A stretch of 64,000 nt of DNA from Candidatus Fermentibacteraceae bacterium (GTDB taxonomy: Bacteria; Fermentibacterota; Fermentibacteria; Fermentibacterales; JCC-6): contig JBGSZS010000013.1 in the NCBI GenBank assembly GCA_041750285.1, forward strand, positions 1 to 64,000, read 5' to 3'. A program made the position numbers and the translations under genes. This document shows positions 47,182 through 56,719 of the stretch, one piece after another. The first letter of the stretch is position 1, and the number at the start of each line of letters is the position of its first letter. Under the pieces are notes generated by a model, which made no database searches, was not told the DNA's origin, and saw only the letters and a list, made by a program, of their open reading frames with translations.

Positions 47182-47619
47182 CTAACGCTCCACCACCCAT
47201 GCGTCGGTCCAGCCCAGGGCCCTGACCGAAGCCTGAAGGGCCAGGGCCTGTTCACGGTTCTCGAAGGAACCCACGCGCACCTTGTGGTAAGCCCCCTCTG
47301 GATCGACGAAGACAGGTTGTTCGAGAAGCCCCGTGAGTTCCGCGGCAACGCCCGCGGCTGCCTCGGGCGTTGAACATGCCGCTACCTGCACGCTGAACCG
47401 GCCATTGCCTGCCGGTTCCGCCCGGGAAGCCTCCTGAACACCGCCAGGCACGGCAATGGTGACTATCTCGCCGAAACCTGCGAACGGATCGCCCCCGTAT
47501 GCCGGAGAGTCTCCGTACGGGTCCGAATTGGAGTCTGCCGAACCGTTCTCCGGCACGGTGGACGTTGTGCCGCATGCAGCCGCAAGGATCAGGACAGCGA
47601 TCAGGACGACTCTAGGCAT
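47182..47619 (-). CDS. SPOR-domain lipoprotein
   Basis: Lipobox AAAC; FSVQVAA..YHKVRVGSF..DAWVV. Confidence 0.85.
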   Translation of the reverse strand: MPRVVLIAVLILAAACGTTSTVPENGSADSNSDPYGDSPAYGGDPFAGFGEIVTIAVPGGVQEASRAEPAGNGRFSVQVAACSTPEAAAGVAAELTGLLEQPVFVDPEGAYHKVRVGSFENREQALALQASVRALGWTDAWVVER

Positions 47620-48544
47620 TTTCGACCTCCGCGGTTCGAATGAAGGCGTCAAGAAGCGGAAGCATGATCTCGTGATGCCCCGTGATGGAGAGAGCGACCC
47701 CTCCCAGGGCTGCCACAGGCCTGGCCAGAACATTCTGAGACGGCCTGTACTGCCTGATCATGTCGAAATCCGCACAGGTTATGTCATTCACCTGAAAACC
47801 GACGTTCCTTGCGCAGGTGAGGGCCTTGAGGAATACCTCGGGCATTGCGACGGCGCTTCCGGCATTCACCGCAACGCCTCCCCCCAGGTTGCCCAGAACC
47901 GTTCCAAACCTGTTGAAGTCCCTTTCTGCAGCGGCCGCGAGCTTCTCCCATGAAACCGCAGGGAGGGGGTGGACGATGTCGCAGCCAAGTCCGGGATGAA
48001 CCGTTCCGGGAACTCCCTTCTGGGCCGCCATGGCCAGAGGGCTGACTTCGGGGTCCCCACCCTTTTCAAGGATCACCCGGCCGATCCCCTCGCCCAGAAA
48101 ACCCGCCCCCTCGAGCGCACGGGCATACATGTCACCCGTTTCGCGCCACATGCCGAAACTGCCGTCGGCGATCCCCTTCTCCACATCCTCGGAGGTCTGT
48201 CCGAAGAGGGCGAGTTCCATGTCGTGTATCGAGCCGGCGCCATTGGTGGCGACCGCCGTGAACACGCCGTCGCGTATCCACCGGCACAGAAGGGGACCGA
48301 GACCGCACTTGATGACGTGCCCCCCGTACATCAGAAGCCTTTCTGAGCCGTTCATCCGTGACTTCGAGAACGCGATGGCGAGAGTCTTCATGGACTTCAC
48401 GGCCAGAACGTCGGGCAGGCCGAGGATGAAGCCGGAAAGGGGGGAGGACGCGTCCCAGCGGCCCGCGAGGACTGCATGGCCCACTTTCGATACCCTTCCT
48501 TCGAGGCTCTTGAGGGTGAGCCCGTTCCTGTCAAACCGCTTCGT
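47612..48544 (-). CDS. GSU2086-type (deoxyhypusine-synthase-like fold) protein; possible ACG start
   Basis: GGHVIKCG, NGAGSIHD, FGMWRETG, GSAVAMPEVFLKAL, GHHEIM; the family-like N-terminus FDR..SL..R.SKV lies upstream of the first GTG. Confidence 0.75.
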   Translation of the reverse strand, partial: TKRFDRNGLTLKSLEGRVSKVGHAVLAGRWDASSPLSGFILGLPDVLAVKSMKTLAIAFSKSRMNGSERLLMYGGHVIKCGLGPLLCRWIRDGVFTAVATNGAGSIHDMELALFGQTSEDVEKGIADGSFGMWRETGDMYARALEGAGFLGEGIGRVILEKGGDPEVSPLAMAAQKGVPGTVHPGLGCDIVHPLPAVSWEKLAAAAERDFNRFGTVLGNLGGGVAVNAGSAVAMPEVFLKALTCARNVGFQVNDITCADFDMIRQYRPSQNVLARPVAALGGVALSITGHHEIMLPLLDAFIRTAEVENA

Positions 48545-49259
48545 ACTTCACCTCCACCAGTGTGAGCCCGCATGCGGGAAGCGAGGGGCCTGCGGCCACT
48601 GCCCTTCCGCCCCCGAGAAGGTCCCTCACCACATCGGGTGACAGTTTTCCCGTTCCGACCCTCAGCAGGGTGCCTGCCCAGAGCCGCACGACTCCCCGCA
48701 GGAATCTGTCGGAAGTTATGCGAATAGTCCACCCTTCCTGATCCTCAGTTACCCCCGCCTCCCTTACGTCCATGTTCCATGTGGAGTTGCCCCCGCCGGT
48801 CTTTGCGAAAGCCCTCCAGTCGGCTCGCCCGAGGGAAAGGGCAGCGGCGGCGTTCATGGCTCCGGTGTCGAGCGTCAACCAGGGCTGGAACTCGGTCCGG
48901 GCCTTCAGAGGGCTCCGGCGCCGGCCTATCCTGTAATGGTATGTCCGCTCGACTGCGTCGAACCTTGCATTGAACGTGTCGCGGACAGGGAACCAGCGTA
49001 TGAGGGCTATGTCACGGGGAAGGATCCGGGCCAGGGCGGAGAGCCTCTCCCCTCCCCTGTCGAGGTCCAGATGGGCGGGCATTGCCAGGGCGTGAACACC
49101 GGCATCGGTGCGGCCTGCTCCCGTGACCGGAACCCTGTTGCCGGTGATCTTTTCCAGGCAGCACTCGATCTCGCCCTGAACAGTGCGTTCACCGGGCTGG
49201 TACTGAAACCCCCTGAATCCGGTCCCGTCGAACTCGAAGTAAGCAAGATACCTGGGCAT
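48531..49259 (-). CDS. truA: tRNA pseudouridine(38-40) synthase
   Basis: FDGTGFRGFQ, AGRTDAGVHA, FNARF. Confidence 0.95.
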   Translation of the reverse strand: MPRYLAYFEFDGTGFRGFQYQPGERTVQGEIECCLEKITGNRVPVTGAGRTDAGVHALAMPAHLDLDRGGERLSALARILPRDIALIRWFPVRDTFNARFDAVERTYHYRIGRRRSPLKARTEFQPWLTLDTGAMNAAAALSLGRADWRAFAKTGGGNSTWNMDVREAGVTEDQEGWTIRITSDRFLRGVVRLWAGTLLRVGTGKLSPDVVRDLLGGGRAVAAGPSLPACGLTLVEVKYEAV

Positions 49260-49268
49260 CGGTGCCTT

Positions 49269-49841
49269 TCAGATGAACCCGGCAACGGAGAGTGAGAGCA
49301 TTGCCCAACCCAGACCGGCCAGAACGGTTCCGGTGACGGACACCGGCACATGCTTCATTTCGGGAACTGCTTCACGCAGTACCCTTTCTGCGACGATTGC
49401 CACCCTCCTCGCACGGGAGGGCTCGTTCCGGGTCTCGGACCATGCAAGCCTGGTGAGGGCGGCTGAAGGGCCAGCCAGCTGAAGCGTTACGAGAAGGGGC
49501 TCAAGGGGGCGGCGCAGCGCCGGGACCCTGCGAACCGCCCCGCCGATTACCATTGCCGCCCCGCCGCTTCCCAGAACCCACGCGAAGTAAGAGCCGCCGG
49601 ATGCCGCGGCCAGCCAGCGCAGCGATGTAACCACAGCTTCCGGTGAGGCGAGCAGGGCCCAACCCAGCGACACCGCCGGTGGAAGGCACATGACGGAAAG
49701 CCTTTTCAGGTACGCGGCGCCGCCTGTGATGACTCCTGCCAGGGGAAAGACGGCGAACAGGAATAGGCTGCCCGGAAAGCAGATAAAGGCTGAGGCCGGT
49801 GTGCCTGTCATGGCCGCGAACACAAGGATCGCCCGGGTCAA
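49269..49841 (-). CDS. Membrane protein, possibly degenerate EcfT-like
   Basis: Hydrophobic ORF coupled to rluD and directly upstream of truA. Confidence 0.5.
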   Translation of the reverse strand: MTRAILVFAAMTGTPASAFICFPGSLFLFAVFPLAGVITGGAAYLKRLSVMCLPPAVSLGWALLASPEAVVTSLRWLAAASGGSYFAWVLGSGGAAMVIGGAVRRVPALRRPLEPLLVTLQLAGPSAALTRLAWSETRNEPSRARRVAIVAERVLREAVPEMKHVPVSVTGTVLAGLGWAMLSLSVAGFI

Positions 49842-50821
49842 GAAGAAGCTTCCATGTCGCGGGCAAGGAGCTTCTGCACGATGTGGAACTCTGAGGGGGG
49901 TGCCGAGTTGAACTCCATTTCCTCGCCTGTCACGGGGTGCAGGAAGCCGAGGGTTTCCGCATGGAGCATGTGGTGACCGGCGAGCCTCACCGCGTCAGCC
50001 ACCAGCTCGCGGTCAGCCTTCGTTGACGAATGACCGGCCGGCTTCATCCCGCCGTACTTCTCGTCGGCAATGACGGGGCACCCCATGCAGGTTGCTCCGT
50101 GAACACGGATCTGATGGGTGCGCCCTGTCTCGAGACGGAACTCGATGAGGTCAGAAAAGCGGAAAGCCTTTATTACCTTATAGTTGGTGACGGCCCTCCT
50201 GCCACCGGGCACGACGGCCATTTTCTGACGGTTGACGGGATGGCGGCCTATGGGCGCGTCTATCCTCCCCTGCGGGGGCTCGGGATGGTTCCAGCAAAGG
50301 GCCAGGTACCTGCGTTTGACGCTCCTTGCCGAGAGCTGGCCGGAAAGACCCCTGTGGGCGGTGTCACTCTTCGCGGCCACAAGAAGGCCGGTGGTGTCCT
50401 TGTCGAGCCTGTGGACGATCCCGGGACGGAGTTCGCCGCTGATGCCCGAGAGGCTTTTGCAGTGGAAAAGAAGGGCGTTGACGAGTGTTCCGCTCCGGGC
50501 GAAGGCCGTTGGATGAACGACGAAGCCGGGCTGCTTGTTGATGACGATCAGGTGGTCGTCCTCGAAAACGACGTCCAGCGGGATGTCTTCGGGGGAGAGC
50601 TCTATCGGCTCGGGGTCGGGAACTTCCAGTGAAACGGTCTGACCCTGGTGAAGCCTGGCGGAGGGCTTGGCGTTTGCCTGGCCCTCCACCGTCACGTAAC
50701 CGTTCCGGATCAGCGTGCTTATGTAGCTTCGGCTCTGGTCGACGTCCTCCTGGCTTACCAGGAAGCAGTCCAGCCTGATCCCTTCATCTTCTTCCTCGAC
50801 GGAAAAACAGAGTCTCGCCAA
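49838..50821 (-). CDS. rluD: RluA-family pseudouridine synthase (RluD-like)
   Basis: S4 domain, RPGIVHRLDKDTTG, LETGRTHQIRVH. Confidence 0.9.
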   Translation of the reverse strand: MARLCFSVEEEDEGIRLDCFLVSQEDVDQSRSYISTLIRNGYVTVEGQANAKPSARLHQGQTVSLEVPDPEPIELSPEDIPLDVVFEDDHLIVINKQPGFVVHPTAFARSGTLVNALLFHCKSLSGISGELRPGIVHRLDKDTTGLLVAAKSDTAHRGLSGQLSARSVKRRYLALCWNHPEPPQGRIDAPIGRHPVNRQKMAVVPGGRRAVTNYKVIKAFRFSDLIEFRLETGRTHQIRVHGATCMGCPVIADEKYGGMKPAGHSSTKADRELVADAVRLAGHHMLHAETLGFLHPVTGEEMEFNSAPPSEFHIVQKLLARDMEASS

Positions 50822-51295
50822 TTACTGCGTGCGAAGTATGAGATGGTAGCCGAACTGGGTCTCGACCACTCCGGACATCTCACCTACGCCAAGGCTGAAG
50901 GCGGCCTGCTCGAAGGCGGGGACCATTGCGCCGCGCCCGAACACGCCGAGTGCTCCGCCGTCGGCGCCCGAAGGGCAGTCCGAGTACTCGCTGGCGGCCT
51001 GGGCGAATTCTATCTCACCCGCGGCGATCCTGCCCTCGATCTCGGTTATGAGGTTCCTGGCCTCTTCCTGCGTACGTTCCACACCCTGGACCTGGCTTCC
51101 CGCGTAGCTGATGAGAATATGGCTGGCTCCAACTGCTGTCACTTCCCCGACCCCCCCGTCAGTGCTGGTTGTGTCCGGCACTTCCACCGGTATGTCTTCG
51201 ACCGGTGGCTGGGAAGCCTCTCCCGGGACTGGTGATTCGCCGCAGGCGGTTGCGAGCAGGGCGACCGCCATGATGGAAAGAAGCAATACCTTCAC
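50822..51295 (-). CDS. Parvulin-type peptidylprolyl isomerase lipoprotein
   Basis: Lipobox ATAC; ASHILI, SDCPS..GGALG, ETQFGYHLI; AAGGAGG + GTG. Confidence 0.9.
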   Translation of the reverse strand: MKVLLLSIMAVALLATACGESPVPGEASQPPVEDIPVEVPDTTSTDGGVGEVTAVGASHILISYAGSQVQGVERTQEEARNLITEIEGRIAAGEIEFAQAASEYSDCPSGADGGALGVFGRGAMVPAFEQAAFSLGVGEMSGVVETQFGYHLILRTQ

Positions 51296-51429
51296 GAAAT
51301 CCTCCTTGCTGATTGAAACCCCGGGAAATATACCGCTACGGGAATGGGTGTTGACAGGGGTCGAGGGCATTACCGATACTTCAAACCATATGGTGTGTAT
51401 TTTTCATCCGACAGGAAAGGGGTGCGCCG

Positions 51430-52638
51430 TTGAATCGGGACATGTACTTCGCCGCCAGAACCCGTGGAATGAAAAGGTCCGTGATAAGGGAACTCCTGAA
51501 ACTCACGAGTAAACCGGAGGTCATCAGTTTCGCGGGGGGGCTCCCCGCCCCGAGAACATTCCCGGTGGATGCCGTGAGGTCTGCGGTGCTTGACGTTCTT
51601 GACAACGACGCCGATCTGGCCCTTCAGTACGGCTCGACCGAGGGCAACAACTGCCTCAGGAATGAACTCGCCCGGGTCATGAAGGCCGACGGAATAGACG
51701 CCGACCCCGATCATATCCTCGTGACCACAGCCAGTCAGCAGGGTCTCGATCTCATCGCGAAGATATTCATGGATCCCGGCGACACCTGCGTGTGCGGCCT
51801 GCCCACGTATCTCGGCGGGCTGCAGGCCATCCGGAGCTACGAGGGTATTCCCGTGGGTACCGCTCTCGACGATCACGGAATGATCCCGGAGGAGCTGGTT
51901 AAGACCCTGGACATGCTGGAAGCACAGAACCGCAGGCCAAGGTTCCTTTACATCATCCCCGACTTCCAGAACCCCGCAGGGGTCACCATACCCGCGGAAC
52001 GGCGCAGGAAGATCGTGCAGATCGCAAGGGAGCGCGACTACCTGATCGTGGAGGACACGCCCTACCGGCAGATCCGCTTCGAGGGCGAGCATCAGCCCAC
52101 ATTCCAGAGCCTCGCCCCGGAACGGGTCATCTCCCTCTATACCTTCAGCAAGATCATGCTTCCTGGATTCAGGATCGGCTGGGCATACGGCCCCGAGTGG
52201 ATCGTCGACAAGATGATCATGGCCAAACAGTCGGCAGACCTCTGCACAACGCCATTCTGCCAGGCCATTGCCGCAAAGATGCTCAAAGACGGCGTTCTGG
52301 AGAGGGGTCTTGCCGAGACGATCAAGCTGTACCGCCACCGATGCGGCCTGATGCTCGAACAGCTCGACAAAAACCTTTCCGGGCTTCCAGGAGTTCACTG
52401 GACAAGGCCCGAGGGCGGCCTTTTCCTCTGGCTCAAGCTTCCAGCGGGCAACAACACAACCGAGCTGTTCGAGAAGGCCATAGAAAAGAACGTTGCATAC
52501 GTCCCGGGAAGCGCCTTCTACCCCGAAGGCGATGACCATACCGGGATGCGGCTCAATTTCAGCTATTCCGACGACGGGAAGACAGTGGAGGGCGTAAAGC
52601 GCCTCAGCGCGCTCATCAGGGAGACCCTGGGGAACTAG
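51430..52638 (+). CDS. Class I PLP aminotransferase (LysN/ARO8-like)
   Basis: ISFAGGLP, PDFQNPAG, TFSKIMLPGFRIGW, MRLNFS. Confidence 0.92.
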   Translation: MNRDMYFAARTRGMKRSVIRELLKLTSKPEVISFAGGLPAPRTFPVDAVRSAVLDVLDNDADLALQYGSTEGNNCLRNELARVMKADGIDADPDHILVTTASQQGLDLIAKIFMDPGDTCVCGLPTYLGGLQAIRSYEGIPVGTALDDHGMIPEELVKTLDMLEAQNRRPRFLYIIPDFQNPAGVTIPAERRRKIVQIARERDYLIVEDTPYRQIRFEGEHQPTFQSLAPERVISLYTFSKIMLPGFRIGWAYGPEWIVDKMIMAKQSADLCTTPFCQAIAAKMLKDGVLERGLAETIKLYRHRCGLMLEQLDKNLSGLPGVHWTRPEGGLFLWLKLPAGNNTTELFEKAIEKNVAYVPGSAFYPEGDDHTGMRLNFSYSDDGKTVEGVKRLSALIRETLGN

Positions 52639-52652
52639 GTTCCCCGGAAAGG

Positions 52653-53621
52653 ATGGAGTTGAACACCTCGACGATCTACATGGGAATGAAGCTGCGAAAC
52701 CCAGTGATTGTGGGAAGCAGCGGTCTCTCCTCCACACCGGAGAAGGTGAAGGCATGCTCCGATGCCGGAGCCGGCGCCGTCGTTCTGAAATCGATATTCG
52801 AGGAGCAGATCGAGAAGGATCTGGGGAACATGTCCGGAAGTTCATGGTACCCCGAAGCCGCCGACTACATCGGCAGGTACGGCATGGACAACGCCGTATC
52901 CCGTTATCTCGAGCTGTTGAAGGGTTCTGCGGGAATGGTCGACATCCCCGTGATACCCAGCATCCACTGCTTCGGTTCGGGCAAGTGGGTGGATTTTGCT
53001 GCCAGACTGGAAGATGCCGGCGCCCCGGCCCTTGAGTTGAACGCCTTCATCCTGCCGTCCGACCCCCGGAAAACCGGCCGTGAGAACGAGCAGGCGCTTC
53101 TCGACATCATCAGCCACATCAAAAAGGTCGTTTCCATCCCGGTGGCCGTGAAGGTGGGAAGCCACTTCTCCAGCCTCCCCACGTTCGCACGTGAGCTGGA
53201 GAATGCCGGCGCCGACGCCCTGGTCGTCTTCAACCGGTTCTACAGCCTCGACCTCGACATCGAGAAGCTCGAGGTCATCCCCGGCGCCAACTTCAGCACT
53301 CCCCAGGAAGCCCAGACCGTAATGCGATGGATCTCCATCCTCAAACCCCTGCTGAACTGCGACCTTGCGGCCACCACCGGTGTCCACGACGGCCCAGGGC
53401 TCGTCAAACAGCTTCTCGCCGGGGCTCGGGCCGTACAGATCTCCAGCACGCTGTACAGGAACGGTCTGGGGACCATCGGAACGATGCTGGCCTTTCTCGT
53501 CGACTGGATGAAAAGGCACGGCCACGCCTCCGTCGACTCGTTCATCGGAAGCATGGCCGCCACATCCAATCCGGCGGAATTCCTTCGCGTTCAGTTCATG
53601 AAGGTCTCTGTTGGCGAATAG
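52653..53621 (+). CDS. Dihydroorotate dehydrogenase-like protein
   Basis: YMGMKLRNP, VVLKSIFEEQ, FNRFY; no catalytic Cys after ELN. Confidence 0.88.
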   Translation: MELNTSTIYMGMKLRNPVIVGSSGLSSTPEKVKACSDAGAGAVVLKSIFEEQIEKDLGNMSGSSWYPEAADYIGRYGMDNAVSRYLELLKGSAGMVDIPVIPSIHCFGSGKWVDFAARLEDAGAPALELNAFILPSDPRKTGRENEQALLDIISHIKKVVSIPVAVKVGSHFSSLPTFARELENAGADALVVFNRFYSLDLDIEKLEVIPGANFSTPQEAQTVMRWISILKPLLNCDLAATTGVHDGPGLVKQLLAGARAVQISSTLYRNGLGTIGTMLAFLVDWMKRHGHASVDSFIGSMAATSNPAEFLRVQFMKVSVGE

Positions 53622-53631
53622 CTGATACACC

Positions 53632-53667
53632 GGGGACACCCTGGCATTTCAAAACCAGGGTGTCCCC
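53632..53667. terminator. 13-bp perfect hairpin between convergent genes
   Basis: GGGGACACCCTGG-N10-CCAGGGTGTCCCC. Confidence 0.75.
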
Positions 53668-53678
53668 TGACGGAAAAG

Positions 53679-53936
53679 CTACCTTCCGCAGCCTCCGCAG
53701 GAACCGGGAGTCATGCCGCCGCAGCGGGGGGTCTCGGTGGTGGTCTCCCTGCAGGCGCATTCGCCGGCACTGGCACACTCTTCGGCACAGGTGCACTCAC
53801 CGCCGTCACTGCATGTGCAGGCTTCTTCGCATTCGCATCCGCATTCGCAGGCGCAGTTCTCGTTCCCGGGACCTTCGGCTGGAACAGCGAACAGCAGACC
53901 TGCGAGAAGCAGTGCGGCCAGGGCAAGCTTTTTCAC
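53679..53936 (-). CDS. Exported Cys-rich metallothionein-like peptide
   Basis: AAAGGAG SD + GTG; signal peptide; 15 Cys, mostly in CxC motifs. Confidence 0.75.
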   Translation of the reverse strand: MKKLALAALLLAGLLFAVPAEGPGNENCACECGCECEEACTCSDGGECTCAEECASAGECACRETTTETPRCGGMTPGSCGGCGR

Positions 53937-54061
53937 CGGAACTCCTTTCGTTTGCCAGAATTGTGGTGATCACATAGTATACCAGTTTAGTAGGGAATGG
54001 TTCCAGCACAGTGCCAGGCCTTGTTCACTGCGGTTTTTACCCGGGTTGTTTCCGGCTCAGG

Positions 54062-54493
54062 TTACCTTCCCGGCTCGTTCCTTACGGGGTGCACAGGGGT
54101 GTCAGCGTTCTTGTCGAAGAGCAGCCTCACGTCTTCCTTCATCAGGGTGACCAGCGTGAAGATGCCGAGTATGGTGCCGAAGGGCATGAAGATGCACTCG
54201 ATGCCGGCCATTGCGAGGCAGAGCCCGTGCCTTGTCCTGCGTCTGATGTTCTTCCCGGCGTAGATTATGAACGCTGCGATGGTCCACGCCACAAGTATCA
54301 CCAGCCCCGGAAGCACTACGAACATCCAGCCCATGAATTGCGGTGGAGCATCCCCGTCAGGGAAGTGACCGGTCACCATCGCCACCCCCATTGCCAGGTG
54401 GATGAGGAATATCGAAGCGCCGAGGATCATCAGAGCGCCCACCACGTAGTGGAACACACCCAGCAGGTCGAGAACCCTTTCGTCCTGAGTCAT
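54062..54493 (-). CDS. Membrane protein, hypothetical
   Basis: FHYVVG..C.FMPFGTILGIFTL; AAGGAGG + ATG at 54493. Confidence 0.8.
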   Translation of the reverse strand: MTQDERVLDLLGVFHYVVGALMILGASIFLIHLAMGVAMVTGHFPDGDAPPQFMGWMFVVLPGLVILVAWTIAAFIIYAGKNIRRRTRHGLCLAMAGIECIFMPFGTILGIFTLVTLMKEDVRLLFDKNADTPVHPVRNEPGR

Positions 54494-55035
54494 AAGGCCT
54501 CCTTGTCCGGTGAAGCGAAGTCCCATACTTCAGTATTTTCAGCAATTCTGCCGTTTCCGTCAAGAATGATCCCTTCCATCGCCAGCAGAGCCATCTTCAT
54601 ACCAGCCCCCCCCTGGAAGCCACCCGGGGAAAGGTCTGCCCTCACTGCGCGGTGGCATGGGATGATCAGCGGAAAGGGGTTCCGGGCCAGGGCGTTTCCA
54701 ACCGCCCTCGCACCGGTTCCGAGCGTGCGTGCGATCCTTCCGTACGTTGTGATGCGGCCCCGGGGCACCGTGCATTCCAGAAGAAGAACGGACCTTTGGA
54801 ATGCTCCGCATTCATCCAGATCGGCAAGGTCGAGTGGAACGGTCACCCCTTCCCCGTTCAAAAGGGCGGCAATCCGCTCCGCAAGGTCATCGACCGCACC
54901 GCAGGTGGCCTCCTCCCGGGAACCTTCCGTTCCGTCGATGCAAACCCTCTTAACCAGCGGATGGTCCTTCCCCGGAACCCAAAGAATGGCTGCACCGAAT
55001 GGTCCGGGGGCAGCTATCCTGCGGATGAACATCAC
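54490..55035 (-). CDS. ogt: Methylated-DNA--protein-cysteine methyltransferase
   Basis: TYGRIA..ARAVGNA..NP..IIPCHRAV. Confidence 0.88.
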   Translation of the reverse strand: MMFIRRIAAPGPFGAAILWVPGKDHPLVKRVCIDGTEGSREEATCGAVDDLAERIAALLNGEGVTVPLDLADLDECGAFQRSVLLLECTVPRGRITTYGRIARTLGTGARAVGNALARNPFPLIIPCHRAVRADLSPGGFQGGAGMKMALLAMEGIILDGNGRIAENTEVWDFASPDKEAL

Positions 55036-55892
55036 CTTCCGCCCCTCATCACGAGCCAGCTTCCCAGCGAGGTGAGGACCAGACCGATCCAGAACGGAGG
55101 TGTGAGGACCTCCCCGAGAAATACAACTGCCAGCACCGATGCAACGGCGGGTTTCAGCATGAACACCATGGATGCAGCCACTGCGCCGATGCGTCGTATG
55201 GCCCTGACGAAGGTGAGGTAGGCAACACCGCTCACGCCAAGGGTCAGATACAATGCGGCTGCAGCGTTGCCGGGGCTCGCCACAAGGGGGGCGGGCGACA
55301 GGGGCCTGCCCGAAGCGGCGAGGAAAGCGAAAAGAACTATCAGACCGGCGGCGAATGAGACCACGTTGATGGTCACCGGGTCGGTCCTGCCCGAAACCCT
55401 TTTGCCCATGACCGTGTACAGGGCGAATGCGGCTGCGGAAACCATGGCGTATGCCGTTCCCGTGTCGACGGTGAGGGTGTGAAGCCCGCTGACGATGGCA
55501 AGCCCCGCCAGACCCGAAAGAAGCCCCAGAACCTTCAGGAGATTGGCCTTCTCGGTCCCGGACAGCGCGGAAATGATGAACACGAGAACCGGGTTGGCGC
55601 AGAACACAGTGGCGGCCCTGGCCGCGGAGGTCAGTTTGACTGCGGTCTGAAGCAGCGACATTGCCAGCGCGATGTTCACAACGCCCATCAGCAGAAGCAG
55701 GGCAACGGTTCCCCCGCCGAGCGTCCTTATGCTCGAAAGCCCCCTTCGCCGGATGAGGATGATCGAAAGAACAAGGGCACCGGCGGCGAACCGCCAGAAA
55801 GTGAGGGTCAGCGGATCGATGGAACCCAGGAGGGGTTTACTGACGACTTCCATCGACGCGAAGAACACCAGGGTGACGATGAAGTCAGACAA
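55032..55892 (-). CDS. EamA/DMT transporter
   Basis: About 10 TM segments, duplicated EamA pattern, VFLGE; GGAGG + TTG. Confidence 0.88.
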   Translation of the reverse strand: MSDFIVTLVFFASMEVVSKPLLGSIDPLTLTFWRFAAGALVLSIILIRRRGLSSIRTLGGGTVALLLLMGVVNIALAMSLLQTAVKLTSAARAATVFCANPVLVFIISALSGTEKANLLKVLGLLSGLAGLAIVSGLHTLTVDTGTAYAMVSAAAFALYTVMGKRVSGRTDPVTINVVSFAAGLIVLFAFLAASGRPLSPAPLVASPGNAAAALYLTLGVSGVAYLTFVRAIRRIGAVAASMVFMLKPAVASVLAVVFLGEVLTPPFWIGLVLTSLGSWLVMRGGR

Positions 55893-56634
55893 GCGAACGC
55901 CTCCTGCGCAGGGCAGCAAAGCCGGTCGTCAGAAGGCCGGCCAGGATGATCGTCAGAAAGGGCGAAGCCTCGGGTCCGAAAGCGCCCGGATCGACCGCCG
56001 GCCTGCACAATGCCGGAAAGGCGTAACCGCTGACCCCGAAGCCCATGACTACACCTATACCGGCGTTCCACAAGAAATGTGCCAGAACCGAACCTGTCAG
56101 CCCGCCCCCCATCGCCCTCAGAAGGCAGAGCCCAATCCCCGCCAGGAATATGTTGACCATGCCCAGCGGGTCCGAGAACGGGTTGTCAAGGTGAACAACC
56201 GTGAAAAGCACTGACGAAAGAAGCATGCCCACCCCGAAACGGCCGTTCAGGGAGAGGGTGTCGGCAAGAAAGAGCCTGAAGACGAGTTCTTCGTGAAAAG
56301 CAAAGAGAAGAAGAGCCAGAAGGGTCAGGGCGACGGCTCCGGGAGTATCGTTCGAGGCTGTGATACCCGAATCGAGAAGCAGGGCCAGTGGAACAAGAAG
56401 GGCCGCCACTGGAGTGATGATGCTCCACCGGAGGCCTCCGGCATGCCATCTGTTGGTGGCCCCGGGAACCAGGAGAAGCGTCAGCGCTGCTGTCGGCAGA
56501 ATGCTCACGACGCTGAAGAATGAGCTTGAAAGTATCGATCCGGCTGGCAGGATCATCCTGGCCAGAGACCACAACCCGGCCCCCAGAACCGCAAAGAGCA
56601 ACCGTGGGACGGGTTTTCGAATGGATCGTTTCAT
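55885..56634 (-). CDS. CPBP/Abi-family intramembrane protease
   Basis: EELVFR, F.VVH, AHFLWN. Confidence 0.88.
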   Translation of the reverse strand: MKRSIRKPVPRLLFAVLGAGLWSLARMILPAGSILSSSFFSVVSILPTAALTLLLVPGATNRWHAGGLRWSIITPVAALLVPLALLLDSGITASNDTPGAVALTLLALLLFAFHEELVFRLFLADTLSLNGRFGVGMLLSSVLFTVVHLDNPFSDPLGMVNIFLAGIGLCLLRAMGGGLTGSVLAHFLWNAGIGVVMGFGVSGYAFPALCRPAVDPGAFGPEASPFLTIILAGLLTTGFAALRRRRSLV

Positions 56635-56641
56635 GCGTGGC

Positions 56642-56719
56642 GGGGGGCGGTTGACCGCCCCCCTTGGCTCCGTTTCAATCAGGCGGCGGTGCCGCCCACC
56701 TTGGCTCCGTATAAATCAG
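56642..56719. repeat. Tandem duplication (37-bp period) of a hairpin/stop unit
   Basis: ccgccccccttggctccgtttcaatcag (56655-56682) versus ccgcccaccttggctccgtataaatcag (56692-56719); 25/28 identical. Confidence 0.7.

Noticed and set aside
51370..52845. 491-aa minus-strand ORF
   Set aside because: Antisense shadow of the aminotransferase gene.
52653..53621. Calling this gene pyrD
   Set aside because: It lacks the catalytic Cys/Ser loop and fits the known DHOD-like subfamily.
56642..56719. Mini-CRISPR (two repeats, 37-bp period)
   Set aside because: Only two units, a gap of ~9 nt, overlap with a stop codon, and no cas genes in the window.
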